A stretch of DNA of 64,000 bases from Clostridiales bacterium (GTDB lineage: Bacteria > Bacillota > Clostridia > Christensenellales > UBA3700), in contig JAAVHS010000003.1 in assembly GCA_014799575.1 (NCBI GenBank), forward strand, positions 35,483 through 99,482, in the 5' to 3' direction. A program made the translations under genes and the position numbers. A model generated the notes under the pieces. That model was not told the origin of the DNA, searched no databases, and saw only the letters and a list, made by a program, of their open reading frames with translations. Shown here piece by piece: positions 1 through 10,123 of this stretch (its first letter is position 1; each line of letters begins with the position of its first letter).

Positions 1-416
1 TAGAATTCGCCGAAGTTCTTCATATACATTTTGCATTTCTTCGCGTCTACGACTGCAGTCAAGGACGAGATTTGGCTGTCGGGAAGTTCCGCCGAAAGCA
101 CCGCTTTCAAAACGTCGCTGAGTTTGCCCACGCCCGACGGCTCGATAATAATTCTCTCGGGCTTGTATTCTTGATATACTTGATTGAGCGCCTTTTTGAA
201 ATCGCCTACCAAGGAACAGCAAATGCAGCCGCTGTTCATCTCATTTATCTGTACTCCCGCTTCTTTGAGAAAACCGCCGTCGATACCTATATCGCCGAAT
301 TCGTTTTCGATAAGCACAATCTTTTGTCCTTTGAGAGCGGACGAAAGCAATTTTTTAATCAAAGTCGTCTTGCCTGCGCCCAAAAAGCCTGAAATAATAT
401 CAATCTTCAACATCAT
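1..416 (-). CDS. COG0523/CobW-family P-loop GTPase (metallochaperone type). Only the N-terminal ~138 codons are present; the 3' end lies outside the window.
   Basis: It is missing from the ORF track because the window edge cuts it. Reverse-strand translation from ATG 416 gives MMLKIDIISGFLGAGKTTLIKKLL..IVLIENEFGDIGIDG..NSGCICCSLVGDF..IIIEPSGVGKL. This contains Walker A, ENEFG and GCICC (CxCC) motifs of the CobW/YjiA family. GAGGTG lies just upstream and an in-frame TGA precedes the ATG. The + strand ORFs 72..392 and 184..576 are its shadows. Confidence 0.8.
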   Translation of the reverse strand, partial: MMLKIDIISGFLGAGKTTLIKKLLSSALKGQKIVLIENEFGDIGIDGGFLKEAGVQINEMNSGCICCSLVGDFKKALNQVYQEYKPERIIIEPSGVGKLSDVLKAVLSAELPDSQISSLTAVVDAKKCKMYMKNFGEF

Positions 417-458
417 TCACCTCTATGTTATTCTTATATTGATTTTGTTTTGTTTTAT

Positions 459-2042
459 CTATTTAGTAAACACGAAAGTCGTGACGGAATTGCCGCTTAT
501 TTGCAAACTGCCGTTGTTTTCGTATTCGCTGATTTTCCAATTTTCATCATCGTTGGTGACAATCTCTTTCACGTGAGCGTATCCGCCCTTTATCTTGATA
601 TTGCGGACTCTGTCGCTGTCATTGAGCGTAATCAAAACGATACTGCCATCGGGATTTTCAAAAGCGACGCATTCCAAGCCGTTCATCTGCATAAAGTCGC
701 TATATCCCGACTTGATTCTTACGCTTCCCTGTTGAACGTATTTGGAGAATTGACCCATTACGTAATATCTCTTTGACACGTCAAGGACGTCATCTTTATG
801 CTCATGACCTTCTTTATTATGTTCCTCTTCTTTCTCCGTCAGCCAATATACGAACGCGTCCTCATAGTCTCCCACGCCTTTATCTACGTTACCTATTGCT
901 ATTGAAAGCCAATGTTGCCAATCGGTGGCATTCAATATAGCCAAATCGCGCATGACTACTTTGCCGAAATGAAGTCCCATATTCATAGTTTTGTCGACTT
1001 CCCATTCAAGCGTGCAGTATTCGCTCACCGTAACGTTGATTTGCGGATAATATTTTTCCATATAATCGGCAAAAACGTTTCTATAATACTTCGACATATC
1101 CGCGCCGTACGAGTGTACGGATATATGCGTAAGGTCTTTGAAATAATCATACTTCTCGAATTCCGTCATATATTCGTTGAAATTAGTCCTCTTCGAGAGA
1201 ATCATTTTGTAATTGCCGCTCTCGAAAATATCCATAATATAGTCGGTGGAATTCGCTTTGTTGAACTCAGTGAGTTTTTTATAGAAAACGTCGTAGAATT
1301 TAGCAAGCGCCACGGGATCGTAGTGACAGCCCTCTTGGGTCGCTTTATTTTCTCTGTCATCGCCCCATTTCCATTGCGGCTCATTGACCGGCGAGATGAA
1401 AATCTTAACGTCATTGCCAATATTGTATTTCTTACAAAGCGCGTCAACTATGACGAGCATATAATCGGAAAAGGCTTCGTAACACTCTTCTTTGAGGTTG
1501 TTGACGTAAGGCGTTTCGCCGTGCGTCTTTTGATTGAGAGTCATTAGATAGTGCGGCGAATTGGCAAAGAATACAATTTGCTTGATATTGCCGGTCGCAA
1601 GCGCTTTTTCAAACATTTTTCTGACCGCTTCGTCTCTCGTGAAATCATAGTTGCTCGGGTCGGAAAACGCCGAGTATTCGCCGTTGAAATTTTCCTTTAC
1701 GAAAAAGCTTTCCGCTCCTCGCAACGGGTCTTCGTACGTATCTACTTCCTCTCCGCCTGCGCCGACGTTGTATCTAAACGTATTGAGTCCAAGCCCGCTG
1801 TCTCCGTATAGCATTTCAATCGCTTGTTTTATCGTATCGTCATTAGCCTTTCTTCCCATTTCTTGATAATTCCACGCCGACGACGCGCCGAAGCCGTTCA
1901 TCGTCTGATACGTCTTGGAAGTATCCAAAGTTATCGTCGTAGTTCCGAAGTTGACAGCAAGCGCGTAAATTCCAAACCACGCGCCTACCAATACCGCTAC
2001 GCAAAGAATTGCGACGATTGTCGCCAATGATTTCTTTTTCAT
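459..2042 (-). CDS. Membrane-anchored GH30-like O-glycosyl hydrolase (COG5520 type)
   Basis: 527 aa with an N-terminal signal-anchor helix. It has the blocks GFGASSAW, FFANSPHYLMT, SPVNEPQW (candidate acid/base Glu) and VSEYC (candidate nucleophile Glu). The family call is from motif memory, not a search. Confidence 0.7.
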   Translation of the reverse strand: MKKKSLATIVAILCVAVLVGAWFGIYALAVNFGTTTITLDTSKTYQTMNGFGASSAWNYQEMGRKANDDTIKQAIEMLYGDSGLGLNTFRYNVGAGGEEVDTYEDPLRGAESFFVKENFNGEYSAFSDPSNYDFTRDEAVRKMFEKALATGNIKQIVFFANSPHYLMTLNQKTHGETPYVNNLKEECYEAFSDYMLVIVDALCKKYNIGNDVKIFISPVNEPQWKWGDDRENKATQEGCHYDPVALAKFYDVFYKKLTEFNKANSTDYIMDIFESGNYKMILSKRTNFNEYMTEFEKYDYFKDLTHISVHSYGADMSKYYRNVFADYMEKYYPQINVTVSEYCTLEWEVDKTMNMGLHFGKVVMRDLAILNATDWQHWLSIAIGNVDKGVGDYEDAFVYWLTEKEEEHNKEGHEHKDDVLDVSKRYYVMGQFSKYVQQGSVRIKSGYSDFMQMNGLECVAFENPDGSIVLITLNDSDRVRNIKIKGGYAHVKEIVTNDDENWKISEYENNGSLQISGNSVTTFVFTK

Positions 2043-2065
2043 ATTTCAACCAACCTTTATTTTAC

Positions 2066-3628
2066 TTATTTTCCGAAATAACCGCCGTTGGGGTCTTCAT
2101 ACGGCGCGTCGCCTGTGAATATAAACGTCGTAATAGACTTTGGCGACACTTCGATATAGTTGTTAAATTCATATTCGGATTGCGCCCAATTTCTTTCGGC
2201 GTCAGTCACTATCTCGGTGACAGTGCCGTAACCGCCGTACAGTCTTATCTTATGCGAACGCGACGAAGTGTTCATTACCACAAGGGCAAGTCTGCCGTCC
2301 GTCTTGAGAAAAGCCAAACTTTCTACGCCGTTCCAGCCAATCGAGTCGCCGTATTCCGCGCCTACTCTCACACTGCCCGGTTCAATATACCTGCTCAACT
2401 GTCCCAATGCGTAATATCTGTTCGTCACGCTCAATGAGTTGTCACTCTGATTCCAATAGACGAGTCCGTCTTCGTAGTCGTACGTCGATACGCCCAACCA
2501 CCAATTCCACTTGACGGCGTTGAGAGTATTCAAATCTTTCATTACCGTCTTTGCCGAATACAAGCCCATATCTATGCTCGGGTCAACTCCATCTTTCAAT
2601 ACGCAGTATTCGCTTACGCTGAGTCTTTTATCGGGATAGCTTCTTTTGAGGAAACTATATACCATATTACGCGCTCTTGCGTTGTTATCCGCGCCGTATG
2701 AGTGAGCGGAAATCGTGTCTATTTCACCAAAATAATCATACTCCGACATCTCTTTCATGTACGATTGGAATTTCGTTCCTTTCTCGGTAAGTTTGTAGTT
2801 GCCGCTCTCGAATATGTCCATTTCGAAAGACGTAGCGTGAGATTCGTTGAACGCTTTGAGGGTCTTGCTGAACACGTCGTAGAATTTAGCAAGTTCCTCG
2901 GGGTCGAAATGACATCCCTCTTGCGACGCGTCCGAACCGCCCCAATCCCATTGCGGTTCGTTGACCGGCGAGATATATACTTTTATTTCTCTGTCGTATT
3001 TGCAAACGACGTTTTCGTAAAGCCAATTCGTGATTACCAAAAGATAATCGGAAAAGGCTCCGTAGCATTCTTCTTTAAGGTTGTTTTCCTTCTTTTTGCT
3101 CGAATGCGTAAGTCCGTTTTTCGTCATAAGATAGTGAGGCGAGTTGGCAAAGAAAACTACCTCTGTAATATTGCCTTTTGAAAGGGCTTTTTCAAAGAGT
3201 TCCCTCACGCCTTTATCTCTTGTGAAATCGTAATTATTCGGGTCGGCAAACGCCGAATAATCTCCGTTGAATTTTTCATTTACGAAAAAGCTTTCCGCTC
3301 CTCTCTGTTTGTCCTTGTAGACGTCGAGTTCCTTTCCTCCGCCGCCGATATTGTATCTGAATATATTCAGCGCGAGACCGCTGTCGCCGTAAAGTCTCTC
3401 AATAGCGTCTTCCTTGACTTCTTCATTCTCTACAAGACCCAAATTCTGAAAAGTCCACGCCGACGACGCGCCGAAACCTTCAAAAGTCTGATACGTCATA
3501 TCCGTCCTTATCTTCAAGCCCGTCAAACCGAAGTGTACCGAAAGCAAATATCCGCCGAAAGTAATGCCGAGAATAATTGCCACTATGAGAATTCCGACAG
3601 TCGTATACTTTATCACTTGTTTTTTCAT
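2066..3628 (-). CDS. Membrane-anchored GH30-like O-glycosyl hydrolase, tandem paralog of 459..2042
   Basis: 520 aa with the same motif blocks (GFGASSAW, FFANSPHYLMT, SPVNEPQW, VSEYC) and a signal anchor. It lies 23 nt upstream of its paralog on the same strand. Confidence 0.7.
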   Translation of the reverse strand: MKKQVIKYTTVGILIVAIILGITFGGYLLSVHFGLTGLKIRTDMTYQTFEGFGASSAWTFQNLGLVENEEVKEDAIERLYGDSGLALNIFRYNIGGGGKELDVYKDKQRGAESFFVNEKFNGDYSAFADPNNYDFTRDKGVRELFEKALSKGNITEVVFFANSPHYLMTKNGLTHSSKKKENNLKEECYGAFSDYLLVITNWLYENVVCKYDREIKVYISPVNEPQWDWGGSDASQEGCHFDPEELAKFYDVFSKTLKAFNESHATSFEMDIFESGNYKLTEKGTKFQSYMKEMSEYDYFGEIDTISAHSYGADNNARARNMVYSFLKRSYPDKRLSVSEYCVLKDGVDPSIDMGLYSAKTVMKDLNTLNAVKWNWWLGVSTYDYEDGLVYWNQSDNSLSVTNRYYALGQLSRYIEPGSVRVGAEYGDSIGWNGVESLAFLKTDGRLALVVMNTSSRSHKIRLYGGYGTVTEIVTDAERNWAQSEYEFNNYIEVSPKSITTFIFTGDAPYEDPNGGYFGK

Positions 3629-3833
3629 ATATTTCCTCTGTAATTTAACCGTATATCGTCAAGATTTGTATACTTTTATTTAATATAATATTATTTTAAC
3701 AAATTGTAATCAATCCGTCAAGAAAAATGCCAAAAATCGCCGTCGTATGGCGCTGTAAAAATTACCCTTTTACTAGTTTTTCATAGCGCAGCTTAAAATC
3801 GCGCAAAAATAGTGAAAATATGACATAAAATAA

Positions 3834-3862
3834 TTGACATTGCATATAAATGGAATTATAAT
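3834..3862 (+). promoter_or_regulatory. Sigma-70-type promoter for the regulator-potABCD operon
   Basis: TTGACA (3834-3839), a 17-nt spacer, then TATAAT (3857-3862). It sits ~110 nt upstream of the ATG at 3971. Confidence 0.55.
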
Positions 3863-3970
3863 CGTATTGTTTAATAATTCTAAACTTAATGTTTATTATC
3901 ACGAAACTTTATAAGATTTAAGTTTACAATTACTAAACCGTACGAATTTTGAGCAAAATGAGGAAAAATT

Positions 3971-4504
3971 ATGGATTTGGGCATCAAAATTAAACAGCTT
4001 AGGTTGCAGTGCGGTCTGACGCAGGAAGAACTTGCCGATAGATGCGAACTTACGAAAGGCTACATATCTCAACTTGAAAACAACCTCACTTCCCCTTCAA
4101 TCGCCACGCTTATCGATATACTCGAAGTGCTTGGCAGCGACCTCAAATCTTTCTTCAACGAGGAAGTAGAGCAAAAAATAGTCTTTCAGGAAAAGGACTT
4201 TTTCGAGAAAGAGGACGACGGCGAACTTATCACTTGGCTCGTCCCCAACAGTCTTAAAAACGAAATGGAGCCTATTTTGCTCACCTTGCAAGCGGGCGTA
4301 AGCACTACTGAAGATATGCCCCACGAAGGCGAAGAATTCGGCTACGTGTTGGAAGGCAAGGCGACGTTGCATTTGGGAAAGAAGTCATATCAAATCAAAG
4401 CGGGAAATTCCTTTTACTTCACAAGCAAGAAAAAACATTATATTCAAAACAACGGCAAGACGGTGGCGAAAATACTTTGGGTATCCAGCCCACCGACGTT
4501 CTGA
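3971..4504 (+). CDS. XRE-family HTH plus cupin transcriptional regulator (PuuR-like)
   Basis: 177 aa. The N-terminal HTH is LRLQCGLTQEELADRCELTKGYISQLENN. The C-terminal cupin is GEEFGYVLEGKATLHLG..SFYF. It lies directly upstream of potABCD, as puuR-type polyamine regulators do. Confidence 0.75.
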   Translation: MDLGIKIKQLRLQCGLTQEELADRCELTKGYISQLENNLTSPSIATLIDILEVLGSDLKSFFNEEVEQKIVFQEKDFFEKEDDGELITWLVPNSLKNEMEPILLTLQAGVSTTEDMPHEGEEFGYVLEGKATLHLGKKSYQIKAGNSFYFTSKKKHYIQNNGKTVAKILWVSSPPTF

Positions 4505-4522
4505 TATTAAGGGAGAATTACT

Positions 4523-6208
4523 ATGGAAAATAACAACGAATATATAATCCAACTTCAAGGACTATGCAAAAAGTACGGCGAAAAGACCGTCGTCAATAAT
4601 ATCAACCTCAATATCAAAAAGGGCGATTTCGTGACCTTTCTCGGACCGAGCGGTTGCGGAAAGACTACGACCCTTAGAATGATTGCGGGCTTTGAAGTAC
4701 CCACCGAAGGCAAGGTGCTTTTCGACGGCAAAGACATTGCGAAGTTGCCGCCTCACAAAAGACCCGTCAACACTGTATTTCAAAAGTACGCGCTATTCCC
4801 CCACCTCAACGTATTCAACAACATCGCTTTCGGTCTTAAACTCAAAAAAATCGAAGTGGACTACGTCAAGAAAAACGGCGAAAGCGGAGTTAAACAAATC
4901 AAACTCAAAAACTTTTTGGTCAATCCCGAGACGGGCGCGCCCGACTTTTCTATCGCGCACAACGACTATTTCTCTTATATCGAAAAAGGCTACGTTCCTC
5001 TTTGCAAGATTAAAAAGACTGTCAACAAGTTGACCAAAAAAGGCAAACAAAAGAAAGAAATCAACGGATATAAATACTATATCGACGAAAAGGTGCGTCG
5101 CGCGCTCAAAATCGTAGGACTCAGCGACTATGAGACGAGAGACGTCGATTCCCTTTCGGGCGGTCAACAACAGCGTGTGGCTATCGCAAGAGCGATTGTC
5201 AACGAGCCTAAGGTACTTCTACTCGACGAGCCTTTGGGCGCGCTCGACCTCAAAATGCGTCAGGAAATGCAAATCGAACTCAAAGAAATGCACCGCACTT
5301 TGGGAATTACCTTTATTTACGTTACGCACGACCAAGAAGAGGCTTTGACAATGAGCGACACGGTCGTCGTAATGAAAGACGGCGAGATATGTCAAGAAGG
5401 CACGCCTATCGATATTTACAACGAGCCGAGAACCGCGTACGTCGCAGACTTTATCGGCGAATCGAATATACTTGACGGCGTAATGATTGACGACTACAAA
5501 GTCAATATCGTCGGAGCGCAATTCGATTGCGTGGACGCGGGATTCGGACAGAATACCCCTGTCGATACGGTTATCCGCCCCGAGGATATAGAAGTACGCA
5601 AGGTCGGCAAAGGACAACTCTCTGGCGTAATCAAATCGAGTATGTTCAGAGGCGTACACTACGAAATGGTCTGCCTTTGCAACGGATATGAATTCACTAT
5701 CCACAGCACGGTGGAAGCCCCCGTCGGCAAAGAGGTCGGACTTTACGTCGCGCCCGAAAATATTCAAATTATGCACAAAGAACACGTCGACAACACAGTT
5801 ACCGTTGAATTTACGTCGAACACGACTTTCAATATGTACGGCGGAGAATATACTTTCGAACCGACTTTGCTCTTTGAAAACTGCTCTTATGACGGCGAGC
5901 AAGACGTCTTAACTATAGACGGTAAAGAATGCGCGCTCAAAGGCAAACACGCGACAATCAACTTCGGCTTTACCGACATAGATATGACGGACGACGAATA
6001 CGCCGCTCCGCTCGCGGGCAACGTCGTAAGTATGATTTACAAGGGCAAAAACTATATCGTCGATATCAAGACGGACGACAATCATCATATTTACGCGGAT
6101 ACCGAATACCTTTGGGATAAGGGCGACAGAATAGGTATCAAAGTCGAAGCCAAGAGTTTTGGTCTCGTAGATTGCGACAAACTCTTTGAGGAGGGAGAAA
6201 ATGTTTAA
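4523..6208 (+). CDS. potA: Spermidine/putrescine ABC importer ATPase PotA, long form (561 aa)
   Basis: It has Walker [10 protein letters not shown], a Q-loop [10 protein letters not shown], the signature [14 protein letters not shown], Walker [12 protein letters not shown] and a TOBE-like C-terminus. It also carries an ~85-aa insertion and an extra ~140-aa C-terminal module (see findings). Confidence 0.85.
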   Translation: MENNNEYIIQLQGLCKKYGEKTVVNNINLNIKKGDFVTFLGPSGCGKTTTLRMIAGFEVPTEGKVLFDGKDIAKLPPHKRPVNTVFQKYALFPHLNVFNNIAFGLKLKKIEVDYVKKNGESGVKQIKLKNFLVNPETGAPDFSIAHNDYFSYIEKGYVPLCKIKKTVNKLTKKGKQKKEINGYKYYIDEKVRRALKIVGLSDYETRDVDSLSGGQQQRVAIARAIVNEPKVLLLDEPLGALDLKMRQEMQIELKEMHRTLGITFIYVTHDQEEALTMSDTVVVMKDGEICQEGTPIDIYNEPRTAYVADFIGESNILDGVMIDDYKVNIVGAQFDCVDAGFGQNTPVDTVIRPEDIEVRKVGKGQLSGVIKSSMFRGVHYEMVCLCNGYEFTIHSTVEAPVGKEVGLYVAPENIQIMHKEHVDNTVTVEFTSNTTFNMYGGEYTFEPTLLFENCSYDGEQDVLTIDGKECALKGKHATINFGFTDIDMTDDEYAAPLAGNVVSMIYKGKNYIVDIKTDDNHHIYADTEYLWDKGDRIGIKVEAKSFGLVDCDKLFEEGENV

Positions 6209-6977
6209 GAAAGCGCTTTCCATTCCCTACGCAATTTTCATGTTGCTCTTCGTGGCTTTGCCGTTGGCTCTTATACTCGTATACGCGTTTATCGACGCAA
6301 CCGACGGCTCTTTCGATATGCTCGCCAACTTCAAGGAACTCGCCAAAGAAGACGCGCTCGGCAAGGTAATAAAAAATTCCATTATCGCGGGATTTTCGAC
6401 AAGCGCGATATGCCTTATTATCGCCTACCCTATCGCGTATTATTTGACAAAAAAGGAATTCAATAAAAAGGGCGTAATGATAGGACTTTTCCTTGCTCCT
6501 ATGTGGGTCAACTTCCTTTTGAGAATGATGGCGACCAAAGCGGTATTCAGCGTTCTTAATATTAAACTCGGTATGGGCACCGTAATATTCGGTCTGACGT
6601 ATGAATTTTTGCCGTTTATGATAATGCCTCTCTACAACACGCTTTTGAAGATAGACAAGAGCTATATCGAAGGCGCGGGCGATTTGGGCGCGACGCCTAC
6701 CAAAGCATTTTGGAAAGTCACCGTACCGCTCTCTATGCCGGGAGTGATAAGCGGACTTACAATGGTAATCATTCCGTCTATCACGACTTTCGCGGTTACG
6801 GAAATAATGAGCAACGGAAAAATGATGCTCCTCGGCGATTTTATTTACAGCCTAAAAGCCGACAGCCTTAATATGGCGGCGGCAATATCTTTCGTCTTGC
6901 TGTTGTTTATGATAGCGTCTATGGCGATATCCAACAAGTATGACAAAGACGGCGGAAACGGAGGTAAATTATGGTAA
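6201..6977 (+). CDS. potB: Polyamine ABC transporter permease PotB
   Basis: I chose the ATG at 6201, preceded by GGAGGGAG, over the TTG at 6186 in the ORF track. The protein is multi-TM and has the EAA-like loop [21 protein letters not shown]. The start overlaps the potA stop by 8 nt. Confidence 0.85.
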   Translation: MFKKALSIPYAIFMLLFVALPLALILVYAFIDATDGSFDMLANFKELAKEDALGKVIKNSIIAGFSTSAICLIIAYPIAYYLTKKEFNKKGVMIGLFLAPMWVNFLLRMMATKAVFSVLNIKLGMGTVIFGLTYEFLPFMIMPLYNTLLKIDKSYIEGAGDLGATPTKAFWKVTVPLSMPGVISGLTMVIIPSITTFAVTEIMSNGKMMLLGDFIYSLKADSLNMAAAISFVLLLFMIASMAISNKYDKDGGNGGKLW

Positions 6978-7801
6978 GAAAGATTCTTGTCAAGACCTTT
7001 ATCGGTATCGTGCTTATAATGCTCTATTTGCCTATTATTTGGATGGTCGTATTTTCCTTTACCGATACGCCGTCGTTTAGCAACTGGAACGGGTTTACTT
7101 TCGACAACTACGTCAATCTCTTTACGGGAAACAGCAAGAACGCGGACTTGATACAAAACGCAATTCTCAATACCCTTTTCGTAGGCTTTTTCGTAAGTTT
7201 GCTTTCAACGGTATTGGGTACGCTCGGCGCGATAGGCTTGCACGCTATTCACAACAAGAAGATAAAAGCAGTCTACTCGACCGTCAACCAAATTCCTATG
7301 ATAAACAGCGAAATAGTCACCGCTATCGCGCTTGCGTTGGTGTTCAACGTCTTCGCTTCGACTTTCAAGATAAACGACGGAAGTTGGGGCATGACGGCTT
7401 TCAAACTTATACTTGCGCAGACGTCTTTCTGCGCGCCGTACGTACTTCTCAACGTACTGCCGAGATTGCAAAAATCCGACAACAAAATTTACGAGGCGGC
7501 GTTGGATCTCGGTTGCACGCCTGCAAAAGCAATGTTCAAAGTCGTATTGCCCGATATTCTACCGGGTATCGTAGTCGGCGCGTTGCTTTCGTTCACACTG
7601 TCGATTGACGATTTCGTAATCACCAAAGTCAACGTTACGTCATTCGAAACTCTGTCAACTATGCTCTACGGACTTAAAAGCGGAAAACAGCCTTTGCCTG
7701 CCGATATAAGAGCGTTGTTTACAATCATATTCTTTATAGTCTTTGCGCTTATGATGGTACTTTACTCCCCGCACAAAAAGACTGAAAAAGACAAAAAATA
7801 G
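6971..7801 (+). CDS. potC: Polyamine ABC transporter permease PotC
   Basis: 276 aa with six predicted TM helices and the EAA loop YEAALDLGCTPAKAMFKVVLP. A GGAGG RBS is present and the gene overlaps potB by 7 nt. Confidence 0.85.
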   Translation: MVRKILVKTFIGIVLIMLYLPIIWMVVFSFTDTPSFSNWNGFTFDNYVNLFTGNSKNADLIQNAILNTLFVGFFVSLLSTVLGTLGAIGLHAIHNKKIKAVYSTVNQIPMINSEIVTAIALALVFNVFASTFKINDGSWGMTAFKLILAQTSFCAPYVLLNVLPRLQKSDNKIYEAALDLGCTPAKAMFKVVLPDILPGIVVGALLSFTLSIDDFVITKVNVTSFETLSTMLYGLKSGKQPLPADIRALFTIIFFIVFALMMVLYSPHKKTEKDKK

Positions 7802-7821
7802 GAATACGCGAGGATAAGATA

Positions 7822-9186
7822 ATGAAAAAGAAACTTACTACTTTTGCTTTATTGATAGTGCTGATTACTACTCTTGCCTTGCCTATTCTTTTGACGGGTT
7901 GCAGACCGCGCGACGAAGTGCTCAAAGTGTACAACTGGTCTGAGTATATCGGCGAGGACGTAATCGAAGAGTTTGAAGAATACTATCACGAAATTACCGG
8001 CAAAAACATCAAAGTAAAATACGAGATGTTTGACGAAAACGAATTGATGTACGCGCAAATCAAGACCACGCAAGCCGACTTTGACGTAATATGTCCATCC
8101 GACTATATGGTCGAAAAGATGATAAAAGAAAAATTGCTTGTAAAACTCGCTCCCGATTTGAGCGAATTGGGCTACGGTGAAATCGAGGACTATCGCGACG
8201 GGACTTCCCCTCTTTTCAAATCTGGCGCGGAAGAGGAAGGATATTATTTCCAATACGACTACGACGAAGAGAGCGGCGAATACAATCTTTACAGTCGCAC
8301 CTATATGACGGGTACTTTAGGTATACTCTACGCCAATGACTCTGACGCATATCTGAACAGCGAATACGGCAGTTATTCGTCTATGCAAGAGTACGTCGAA
8401 GCCAACGGCTGGGCTGTGCTTTGGGATAAAGCTTCCGACCAAAGAATTATGATGAAGAACTCATTGCGCGACTCTTACGCAATCGGCGCAATCTATACTC
8501 TTCTCAACGAGAAATCCAAGTATTATGATCCGACTCTTTCCCCCGATATTGCGCTCAACGCCACCGACGAAGAGACCGTCAAAAAGGTACAGGAATACTT
8601 AATAAATCAAAAGCCGATTATCAGCGGTTACGAGAACGACGAAGGCAAAGAAGTAATCATCCAAGGCGACATTGATATGACCTTGCAATGGGCGGGCGAC
8701 GCGGTCTACGCTATGGACTCTTTGCAAGAAGAGTTGGGCATAGAAAGAGATATGACGTACTTCGTACCCTACGAAGGCTCGAATATATTCAGCGACGCGT
8801 GGTGCATTCCCAAATACTCGGGCAATTTGGTCGCAGCCAACCTTTGGATAAACTTTATGTGCCGCCCCGACATTGCGATTGAAAATATGGATTACGTCGG
8901 CTATACCGCAGGTACGGCGACCGAAGAAATCTACGAGTATATTCTCGAAAACTGGGCAAGCGAAGAACCCACCGACTACTATCTCGACCTCACCTACTAC
9001 TTTGGCGATGACTGCGATTTTGCCGACGAAGACGGTAGAATTATCGTATACGTCGAAGAGGAAGATTACAACGCTTTCGAGGCGCAATTCTTCTCCCCCG
9101 AAGTGATTGCAAGATGCGCGGTAATGCGCGATTTCGGCGATAGGAATTCGGCGATGAATAGGATGTGGCGAAACGTAAAAGCGTAA
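7822..9186 (+). CDS. potD: Polyamine-binding lipoprotein PotD-like (enlarged, 454 aa)
   Basis: It has a signal peptide with the lipobox LLTGC and PotD-like blocks (VYNWSEYI, DVICPSDYMV, SDAWCIPK). It is the last gene of the pot operon. Confidence 0.75.
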   Translation: MKKKLTTFALLIVLITTLALPILLTGCRPRDEVLKVYNWSEYIGEDVIEEFEEYYHEITGKNIKVKYEMFDENELMYAQIKTTQADFDVICPSDYMVEKMIKEKLLVKLAPDLSELGYGEIEDYRDGTSPLFKSGAEEEGYYFQYDYDEESGEYNLYSRTYMTGTLGILYANDSDAYLNSEYGSYSSMQEYVEANGWAVLWDKASDQRIMMKNSLRDSYAIGAIYTLLNEKSKYYDPTLSPDIALNATDEETVKKVQEYLINQKPIISGYENDEGKEVIIQGDIDMTLQWAGDAVYAMDSLQEELGIERDMTYFVPYEGSNIFSDAWCIPKYSGNLVAANLWINFMCRPDIAIENMDYVGYTAGTATEEIYEYILENWASEEPTDYYLDLTYYFGDDCDFADEDGRIIVYVEEEDYNAFEAQFFSPEVIARCAVMRDFGDRNSAMNRMWRNVKA

Positions 9187-9190
9187 ACTA

Positions 9191-9220
9191 AAAGCGGTGC
9201 GAATTCGTACCGCTTTTTTA
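9191..9220 (+). terminator. Rho-independent terminator of the pot operon
   Basis: AAAGCGGTGCGAATTCGTACCGC followed by TTTTTT. Confidence 0.75.
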
Positions 9221-9225
9221 TTTTT

Positions 9226-9260
9226 GTTTGAGGGTTTGGGCTTATAAGGGTGTTTGCATT
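9226..9260. repeat. Left arm of a 35-nt imperfect inverted repeat (partner at 10290..10324)
   Basis: GTTTGAGGGTTTGGGCTTATAAGGGTGTTTGCATT matches the reverse complement of 10290-10324 (GTTTGAGGGTTTGGCGGTGTAAGAGTATTTGCATT) at 29 of 35 positions. The first 14 positions are perfect. Confidence 0.7.
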
Positions 9261-9404
9261 CTTAATCAAATTATTTTTTAGCGAAACTAAGATAGAAGTC
9301 GACAATTAGTCAGACCAAAAACTAATGAGTATAATAATGCAAATCCCCACTTCGCGCCCAAACTTTTGTCATTCTATCCGAACTTTAAGCAAATTGTGAT
9401 TACT

Positions 9405-9668
9405 TCAATTTTCATTGTTTTTTAGCCACATCTCGTAATCGTCATCCGTTGCCTCTTGCTCGATTACTGCGTATTCTTTTATTATATTGCCCTTATAAGG
9501 CGTATTAACTTTACTAGAAACAAACTTATATAACGGGTCAAATTTTTCTCGAAACTCTTCATTGTTCATTATTTTAGGAAAACCATAAATAATTTGCAAT
9601 AAATATAAAATTATGTGCTAGTCTATATCATGTTTTATCTTAATAATTTTTTCTTTGTTTTCATTCAT
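9405..9668 (-). pseudogene. Small ORF of unknown function, interrupted by an in-frame TAG at codon 17
   Basis: GGAGGT-N7-ATG at 9668 opens MNENKEKIIKIKHDID, followed by TAG at 9618-9620. The same frame then continues HIILYLLQIIYGFPKIMNNEEF.. into the 64-aa track ORF 9405..9599, which starts at TTG. Confidence 0.55.
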
Positions 9669-9792
9669 ATAATTTACCTCCGCTAATAATTATAACTCAA
9701 TAAATAGGTGTTGGTCAACCAACTGTTGGTATGCCAACGACGAAAATTTGCAATTTTACATATAATAACCTTGGATAACAAAGAGGGACGTT

Positions 9793-10026
9793 ATGCGATT
9801 AGTAGATGCTGTTTATAAAAGAATTGTAGATTTGGCAAAAGAAAGGAATCTTACTATCAACGCTTTGGCTAATATGAGTGGCGTTCCTCGTCCAACAATC
9901 GTAACAATGACGAGAAGTTCCACTGTTAAACTTTCTACTATTTATGGAATTTGCGACGGTCTTAATATGACCTTGCAAGATTTCTTTAATTCACCTCTAT
10001 TTTCAAAAGAAAATATCGAAGATTAA
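9793..10026 (+). CDS. Small XRE-family HTH DNA-binding protein (77 aa)
   Basis: Contains ERNLTINALANMSGVPRPTIVTMTR..KLSTIYGICDGLNMTLQDFF, with an AGAGGGA RBS. It is divergent from the interrupted ORF, an arrangement resembling a cI/Cro switch. Confidence 0.75.
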   Translation: MRLVDAVYKRIVDLAKERNLTINALANMSGVPRPTIVTMTRSSTVKLSTIYGICDGLNMTLQDFFNSPLFSKENIED

Positions 10027-10123
10027 AATTTTCATTTCACATTAAGCCACAATAGAATAACAAAAGTCCAAAGGCGGTTAGAGGGTCAATTTATGTGCCT
10101 CTATAGTTTTGGGTTACAAATTT

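Noticed and set aside
72-576. Plus-strand ORFs 72..392 and 184..576
   Set aside because: They are shadows of the edge-truncated CobW-family gene on the minus strand, which carries clear P-loop and CxCC motifs.
9618-9620. TAG as a recoded sense codon (for example pyrrolysine or an alternative code)
   Set aside because: TAG terminates clearly complete genes in the same window (potC at 7799-7801, gerC at 42301-42303). No pyl genes were seen.
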